A stretch of 64,000 nt of DNA. Source: Naegleria gruberi. Its lineage: Eukaryota. The translations under genes were made by a program, and so were the position numbers. How positions within the stretch are numbered: the stretch's first letter is position 1; each line of letters opens with the position of its first letter. Shown here piece by piece: positions 58,901-64,000 of this stretch. The stretch is taken from NCBI GenBank assembly GCA_000004985.1, contig GG738849.1; one strand, given 5' to 3'. Below the pieces are notes generated by a model. The model saw only the letters and a program-made list of their open reading frames with translations. It was not told the origin of the DNA and did not search any database.

Positions 58901-60815
58901 ATTTCTTGCGTCTATCGTTTCTAATGAAAAAGAATGGGAAAATAAAAGTGTACTTCCAATATCTATTGTAAACATAGAAAGGGAATATAGTACTCATGGT
59001 AACTTTTCCATCTTCAACACTATGATAGAAATATGGTGGAAGGAAAAAGAAGGATCCCATTCTGATACTTTCATTCTTTGAAACAAATGAGTAGTAACAG
59101 ACAAAGAGCCAAATGGTTACTTCGTCATAAATCTTTCTATGACCAAAGAGTCCACCAACAAATAACCTAGTATGTGATAAAACCTCATCTGTTTGCTTGT
59201 AACTTGTATAGGTAATGTACAAAAAGAAAGGATACGTTACCAATTTGTGAGATTGCTTTTTGTGTAATTTAGAATATATGATAAGTATGGAGAGATAGTT
59301 CTTCTCCTCTGATCTTCTAGCATAAAGAAGGACAAAAAGTAAGAATGTTTTCTCCTTTCCTATATCTGAATAATAGAAAATTGGGAAGAGCCACACTCTC
59401 ATCTTTTCAATACTCTTCTGATTTCTGTAATAGAATAAATAAAATAGATTCACCATAATATCCTCTCTGCCATCAATATTCTCCTTAAAGAAATAGAAGA
59501 GTAAAGGTATGAGGAATATTTTAGTAGTATCATCTGTTGTCTTTCCATCTCTGATACCAATATCCTTTCGTACCCAATAAAATGGGAGGAAGACATTATT
59601 GTAATCTGTTGAGGTGGTACCTTCGGTTTCATATTTTGACTTATGGAACCAGAATAAAAGTAAGGTGGTGAAAAAGGTTTTTGAGGTTTTGGATGTAGAA
59701 TAATTGTAAATAGTTTTTTTGAAGTAAGTAAAAAGCAAAGGAATAAATAAATGCCAATCATGATCGTGATATTTAGAATAATAGAAGAATGGGAAGAGGT
59801 AGATCCTTCGTTTCATAAGTTGTTTTTCATATTTTGCATGCATGAAAAATGGTGTGATGAAAGTATAAACCTTCTCTGAATTTTTAAAGTAGAAAAAGAG
59901 TAGGAATATCCAAAAGATGTGATGTCCTTTGCTTTCTCCCTTATCTAGAGAAATTTTGATGTGTAATAATCCCCAAATACCAAAGGTAAACTTGGCAGGT
60001 TCAGATGGACTACAATTTTTGGAAGATACGTGTTTCCAATAAAAGAAAAGAACAAATCCTCTGGACCCTCCTTTTTTCAAAAATCTAATCCAACAAATTG
60101 GAAGGAATCTAAGTGAATGTTTTTCTGGCGATCTTTCATATTTCAAAAAAGGCCATGGCATGTGAAGTGTAAAATTACCTTCACCTTTTCTAACTCTGAA
60201 TAGAGGATATAAGATTGACCATTCCTGATATTTTCCTGGTCTTAACTGAGTTCCGAAGAAGGGCCACATTTGTCTGATTCTAAACTTGCCATTTTCAAAT
60301 AAGAAATAGAATGGCAATACTATATTCAAATGTGTTTCTTTTGTTTTGTACTTCCAAAAGAATGGAAATAGTGTCTGGAATGACATGTTATTGTCATCTG
60401 TTCTTTTCGATTCATTAGAGAAATACATAAAAGGGAGAATGGCCATGAACTTGGTTTCTTGAGCTGCATGAAAAGTTTTACGTAAAAAGTACAAGAGACC
60501 TGCCAATATCATGGTTGTTTGTGAAGTCTTACTCTTTCTATGAAAAGTAAGGAATGGAAGAAGAAATAATGTTACAGCATCAATAGAAACCTTATACAAG
60601 ATACTATAAAACAAGAACATGATAGTGAGTGCATTTGTACTGCTATCACTTTCATACTTGAATAGGAATGGACGAATACTAAACTTTTTCCTCGTTCCAT
60701 ACCTTTCATATCTAATGAGAGGCCACATAATATCAGTCTCCGATCTATCCACATTTGAGGTGTGGGAAACAAAGGGCCAAGCTTTGATTTTAAAATCTCT
60801 GTGTCTGCTGGCCAT
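55911..60815 (-). CDS. Giant intronless repeat protein (1634 aa) made of about 70 degenerate aromatic repeats of about 16-24 aa
   Basis: Uninterrupted 4.9-kb ORF in AT-rich DNA. Recurring cores LPFYW, FLIPLLFYFFK, WLFPIFYY, FIFPFFFIRN, LFWLFYKYV, FYIFPLF. One long hydrophobic segment sits near the N-terminus. No match to a family I can name. Confidence 0.6.
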   Translation of the reverse strand: MASRHRDFKIKAWPFVSHTSNVDRSETDIMWPLIRYERYGTRKKFSIRPFLFKYESDSSTNALTIMFLFYSILYKVSIDAVTLFLLPFLTFHRKSKTSQTTMILAGLLYFLRKTFHAAQETKFMAILPFMYFSNESKRTDDNNMSFQTLFPFFWKYKTKETHLNIVLPFYFLFENGKFRIRQMWPFFGTQLRPGKYQEWSILYPLFRVRKGEGNFTLHMPWPFLKYERSPEKHSLRFLPICWIRFLKKGGSRGFVLFFYWKHVSSKNCSPSEPAKFTFGIWGLLHIKISLDKGESKGHHIFWIFLLFFYFKNSEKVYTFITPFFMHAKYEKQLMKRRIYLFPFFYYSKYHDHDWHLFIPLLFTYFKKTIYNYSTSKTSKTFFTTLLLFWFHKSKYETEGTTSTDYNNVFLPFYWVRKDIGIRDGKTTDDTTKIFLIPLLFYFFKENIDGREDIMVNLFYLFYYRNQKSIEKMRVWLFPIFYYSDIGKEKTFLLFVLLYARRSEEKNYLSILIIYSKLHKKQSHKLVTYPFFLYITYTSYKQTDEVLSHTRLFVGGLFGHRKIYDEVTIWLFVCYYSFVSKNESIRMGSFFFLPPYFYHSVEDGKVTMSTIFPFYVYNRYWKYTFIFPFFFIRNDRRKKSAHLHFIFDLSIDSQDKNYYFKLFYIPRTRYSLIQYDSKYVGSAEGTSMMRRWRLFAFPFFYFEKRALETPDLTSSETKQYAPLITVALFWLLKDLSLGRIILDYREMIKSMYILPLFYIKIDRNNQVVNALRNGQYLSFSLIYFISEKVALFRYTRLITPNSHRSSMYVFLLFFSTVKNWWTGHGEVVGNDFTLSFLWIFRQGWSFIYWNQQYSTDAYNYLCCYVLPLFYFDKQTKTTTLEEVFERSFSLLWILHKTAALFTMDKVVNTSKESNQITKSDTSSFLFPIYYYSCNDSNKVWKWLWLPAPKTWGVSIINWIVEYEYSTYKPIDQRKIGEQRLHISPLYYRDIKYDLTQPSKTVQEDVHYGFWFFTKNLSLIRAWSLTTTSNRKQGFYIFLVILKYTNVSGTSLRKTFCLVWMFTKWLALFHNNVLCTQPSVSMSTNTDDYSNKNHRQFVMSLYFYKHMTGNIERREFSLFWLFYKYVTFFCVWKYENEQGWFAYPLVFYRAVKTTTRAFKFLSVLFLVEKYVSVFFWRCVVEGNRKKILTYLFPIFFLERERESVTLETKTHLFMLWLFYKRIAMAHYWKLFANGHTDSGFYSFPLVRYTNDSSGEAGKKFDISIFYFFHKNLAIIYFGKDRTRTYCDTMFYIFPLFIHQTKDHSSNLTKRIDWSIFFLFYYKLALVRYWNIVTFISNVGNKTKSTQDLCFYIFMLYSFTKEFASSKTTLTHSFAWLFHPLLSTLRFKLSRCREDFSRLFYIFPLILFHSSKEGGTSTFYLSLLWLFHKFVSMFHFGRQVFGDGHILAGGASDNKDSKITSFILFLYFYASDTRVKEKKWSLFWLFVRQVSFIRYSKSLKEGHKLLKFLVFPFFKFERWSTKSSRWCLLPFVPVKFSWVANFMVYTKRVNKVGAVLDDGKEDKSSRDQNRYLRVLYKVVVWQYVDQVKSLEINPFFASEHDYTDGYKSWDILGGCLGRVKNSPEHQDACRLFCCCFV

Positions 60816-61143
60816 TTTCAAAGATCAACAATAATAGCAACCTAGCACAATATCAATTATTAGAATAGTAATTTATGATAACGTTGATGATGGTGATGAC
60901 TATATAAACTTTGGTGTGTTGATATTTAATGAAACACCTATTCCGGGTGATGGTGTTATCGGGTGATGATCTTTGCTATTTTTTTGTTGTTGAAAGTCCA
61001 ACACAAGTTCTTATTTGAGGCGAGCATTTTTCTGCAGTGAACTTGGAAGTAACTTGAATGATGTATTGCTCACCAACAGCTTTTTCAAGAATAAAATAAG
61101 AAATTGACAAGATATGGGAAGAGAATTGGAAAGAACATGTAGT

Positions 61144-62817
61144 TTATTGAAGCTCGTCAAAGGAGGCTAATAAAGTCCAAATGACTTCACTATTTGCCCA
61201 TAAACCTTGTCTCTTTAAATAATCTGAAACAAGGAGACGTTGCTCGTTGGTGTTTGGATCATGCTTCACTTTGGATTTTTCAATGTAATTGGAGAAGGAG
61301 GCATGTGTCTGAGTCCACAATTCTTCAATCTTGTGGGAAATTTCAGTGTTATCAGAATTAAGATAAAGATGTCTATTTTTGAGGATAAAGTAGAAGAGGG
61401 CATTATCATTGATAAAGCTGATATACATTTGATGAGAGTTTGGAGAAATCTTTCGTTTCTGGTTTTCAACCATTTTGATTTGAATTGTTGATTTGTCTTG
61501 AATAGATCCATATGATTCATTGAACAGGAAACCAGATTCTTCATCATAATAGTCATGGTGCATTTCAATAAGTAATTGAGGAATGAGGTGATTATGTTTC
61601 TTAGAGGAAATAAGGGCCATTACAAGCCAACAATCTTGCCAAAGGAATTTCTTGGTGTGAGGAGTTAACTTATCATCAAAATAAGTAATCCTTTCAGAGG
61701 TTTCTACTTTGAACTTTTTCAAAATTACCTCCAAAACTTGTTCAACAACTTGTTCTAATCTTTGTGTTAATGCTTGGTCAACTGAGTTATTGGAAAGTGT
61801 TTTTTTGAGAGCCAAATAAAGAAGTGAATGATCCACCAATCTGTAGTGTTGTAAATTCACTTGTTGCCCTTTTGGCAAACTCTTTGTGGCCCACATTTGC
61901 TTTTCAGAATCATAAAAATCATCAATTATTTTCTTGCAAAACTTGTTCAAATCCAAATCCTCTGGTTTATACTCTTGTCCTATTGTTGCAAAGAATAAAA
62001 GTCCCATGGTGTTACTAATGAGTTTCTTTTCTTCCTTATTGGTTTTCCAAAATTCTCTTCGTTCCTCCATAATTGACTCAGTTGAACTTTGCCAAATACC
62101 AGATGCTTGTCTCTGATAGAATAATCCATGACTAGCATCAAAATTCAACTTGTAAACTGCTTGTGAGAGTTTGGATAACTTTTCCTTTACATTATTTTCC
62201 TTACAAAACTCGTTAAATTCTGCATTCTTCAATAGATAGAACATATTCAATCCCATCACAAAATTATGCCAACATCCCTCACTATACAATCCACTCTCTG
62301 CATGATACATATTTTCAATGAGATGATAAGGAATGTGTTTATGTTCCTGTTCTGTATTCCAAACTCCTCTAAATAATTGTTCAACCATCTTGTTTGATGT
62401 ATTCGAATATTCCGATGATAATGATGCCATTCTATTATTCGTATGATGATAAAATCTCCTATTATTATTACTCTCTTCAAGTCCCTTCAAATGATCCAAC
62501 AAAAGGCTCCTTCTAGAATGGATGTTTTTTTTCTTTTTGTAATTAGTAAACAACAAGCAAGAAGAGGATGTTGCACAAGCTGCCGATTGGGTGATGATGG
62601 TACCTTCAGATAATGATTGAATTGAGGAAAATTGCAAATGTGCTTTCTCACAAATATCCGATCTTGTTGATGATTTTTTAATATTAATATCGGAATTAAC
62701 TGCACAATAATTATGTATTGATTTGCATATTGTCAATGATGATAGAATTGAATGTTCAATTCCGTTGGTTGAAATGAACAAGTTGTTATGTAATAGTCTA
62801 TTACCAAGCTTGAACAT
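61144..62817 (-). CDS. Hypothetical protein (557 aa), possibly alpha/alpha six-hairpin (N-acylglucosamine-epimerase-like) fold
   Basis: Single ORF with ATG at 62817. Confidence 0.35.
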   Translation of the reverse strand: MFKLGNRLLHNNLFISTNGIEHSILSSLTICKSIHNYCAVNSDINIKKSSTRSDICEKAHLQFSSIQSLSEGTIITQSAACATSSSCLLFTNYKKKKNIHSRRSLLLDHLKGLEESNNNRRFYHHTNNRMASLSSEYSNTSNKMVEQLFRGVWNTEQEHKHIPYHLIENMYHAESGLYSEGCWHNFVMGLNMFYLLKNAEFNEFCKENNVKEKLSKLSQAVYKLNFDASHGLFYQRQASGIWQSSTESIMEERREFWKTNKEEKKLISNTMGLLFFATIGQEYKPEDLDLNKFCKKIIDDFYDSEKQMWATKSLPKGQQVNLQHYRLVDHSLLYLALKKTLSNNSVDQALTQRLEQVVEQVLEVILKKFKVETSERITYFDDKLTPHTKKFLWQDCWLVMALISSKKHNHLIPQLLIEMHHDYYDEESGFLFNESYGSIQDKSTIQIKMVENQKRKISPNSHQMYISFINDNALFYFILKNRHLYLNSDNTEISHKIEELWTQTHASFSNYIEKSKVKHDPNTNEQRLLVSDYLKRQGLWANSEVIWTLLASFDELQ

Positions 62818-64000
62818 TTTTTGTTTTCGAATTTTTACAATAACAATCTATATTTGGTTTAAATTGTATTGTAATTGAATCAAACAAAAAGATGTGCAAT
62901 TTTTTCAGATTTGGAAAGATGTGGACAAAAGATAGTCTGTATTTGAATCTTGAACATTGAGAATAAAAATCACAATTATTTCAATTTCATTATCTGTTAT
63001 CTCTTTCAATAATTCATTCTGAATACTTGAAATCATTTGAATGAATTTATTTGATTCATTCCCTTCCTAGTATTCATACAACAATGGATAATAGTAATGA
63101 ATCAAACTAATTCATTCATATTTTCAGTGAAATACATTTGTATTGGTTGTTGAATTGAGTGAATTTTCAACCTCAACAAATCCAAAGTGTTACTCACACC
63201 AAAATGAGTGAACAAAACCCTCAAATGGTTTTATCAGAAACTCCAAGTCATCTCCAACTCCTTTCATTCGTTAAAGGCAAGCATTATCATCTTATCCTTG
63301 GATTTATAAACAAATGAGGAAGCAAACCTTCTTTTTGTCACTTTCCCCCACTCGTCTAAATATGTCACTATAAACTCAATTGATTTTTTATTACGCCTCC
63401 CAACAGTTTGGGAATCGCTTACTGTGAAAGTTGAATGGATATCATCTTGATTGTGTGTTGCCTATTGACAGAAGTACTGATTGCAAATAAGATTGTATTC
63501 TCAATGGTTTGTAACAGAGAGTATTGTCAATTTATACAATATTATACAATCGTTCTAATATCTCAGACTTTCAATTCAATTGCCAACTTCATGGATACTA
63601 ATTGATATTGTTGCAAATTGAAAGATTGCCGAATAACACTTTTTTTACGTTAAAGAATTGTTGTCTAATTTTCAAACATAGAAATTTTCTTTATGGAAAT
63701 TATCTTTCGTATCTAGATATTATTTGGCATTATGTGATCGTTTACCACATTTAACAAAGAGGAGGAATAAATACACTCCCTCTTATCGTATTATCAGAAA
63801 GGTTCCAGATTCTCAGATTCGAAACCAGCGAACATCCAAACGCAGACTGGGGTGTTGCCTACTCTGGCAACTCTCAGTAACCTTATTAGCTCTTTTCTCA
63901 TCACCATTATTTGTAACTGCACTTGAGGATAACACACAAAATGAACACCTTTAGAAGAGAGAAGAATAGTTTGAAACATTCCACTGCAACTGCCGACTCA

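Noticed and set aside
1-64000. Prokaryotic defence systems, CRISPR arrays, operons and insertion sequences
   Set aside because: The sequence is eukaryotic: it has GT-AG introns and nuclear tRNA genes, no Shine-Dalgarno-led operons, and no direct-repeat-and-spacer arrays. No reverse transcriptase, integrase or transposase ORF is present.

Overview
This window is nuclear DNA from an AT-rich eukaryote, not a prokaryote. It contains no CRISPR arrays, operons or transposon ORFs. About 40 protein-coding genes are packed head-to-tail on both strands. Many carry short spliceosomal introns of about 41-135 nt, with GTAAGT/GTATGT donors, AG acceptors, and predicted exon phases that mostly stay in frame. 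The gene content fits a dictyostelid-like amoebozoan or similar AT-rich protist: a Zn2Cys6 finger, RGS, MON1, CDK5RAP3, KTI12, polyN/polyQ/polyT tracts and an inverted tRNA pair. However, an ARL6/BBS3-like GTPase argues for a ciliated lineage, so the taxon is uncertain. Recognisable genes include: two tandem squalene epoxidase copies (the second frameshifted); NDUFS7/PSST; a Zn2Cys6 factor; an LRR protein; an inverted tRNA-Gln(UUG) pair; an ARL6-like GTPase; p24/TMED; CutC; a yellow/MRJP-family protein; a Ras-like GTPase-ankyrin fusion; prolyl oligopeptidase; a membrane RGS protein; a choline-kinase/APH-like kinase; a 1103-aa coiled-coil protein; RING-H2; a tyrosine phosphatase; a beta-lactamase-like membrane protein; MON1; an actin-related protein; and CDK5RAP3. 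The most unusual feature is an intronless 1634-aa ORF built from about 70 degenerate aromatic repeats of roughly 16-24 aa, with a core like [LF]F.P[LF]FY..K, that I cannot assign to a family. Splice coordinates were derived by hand and are approximate at a few junctions.
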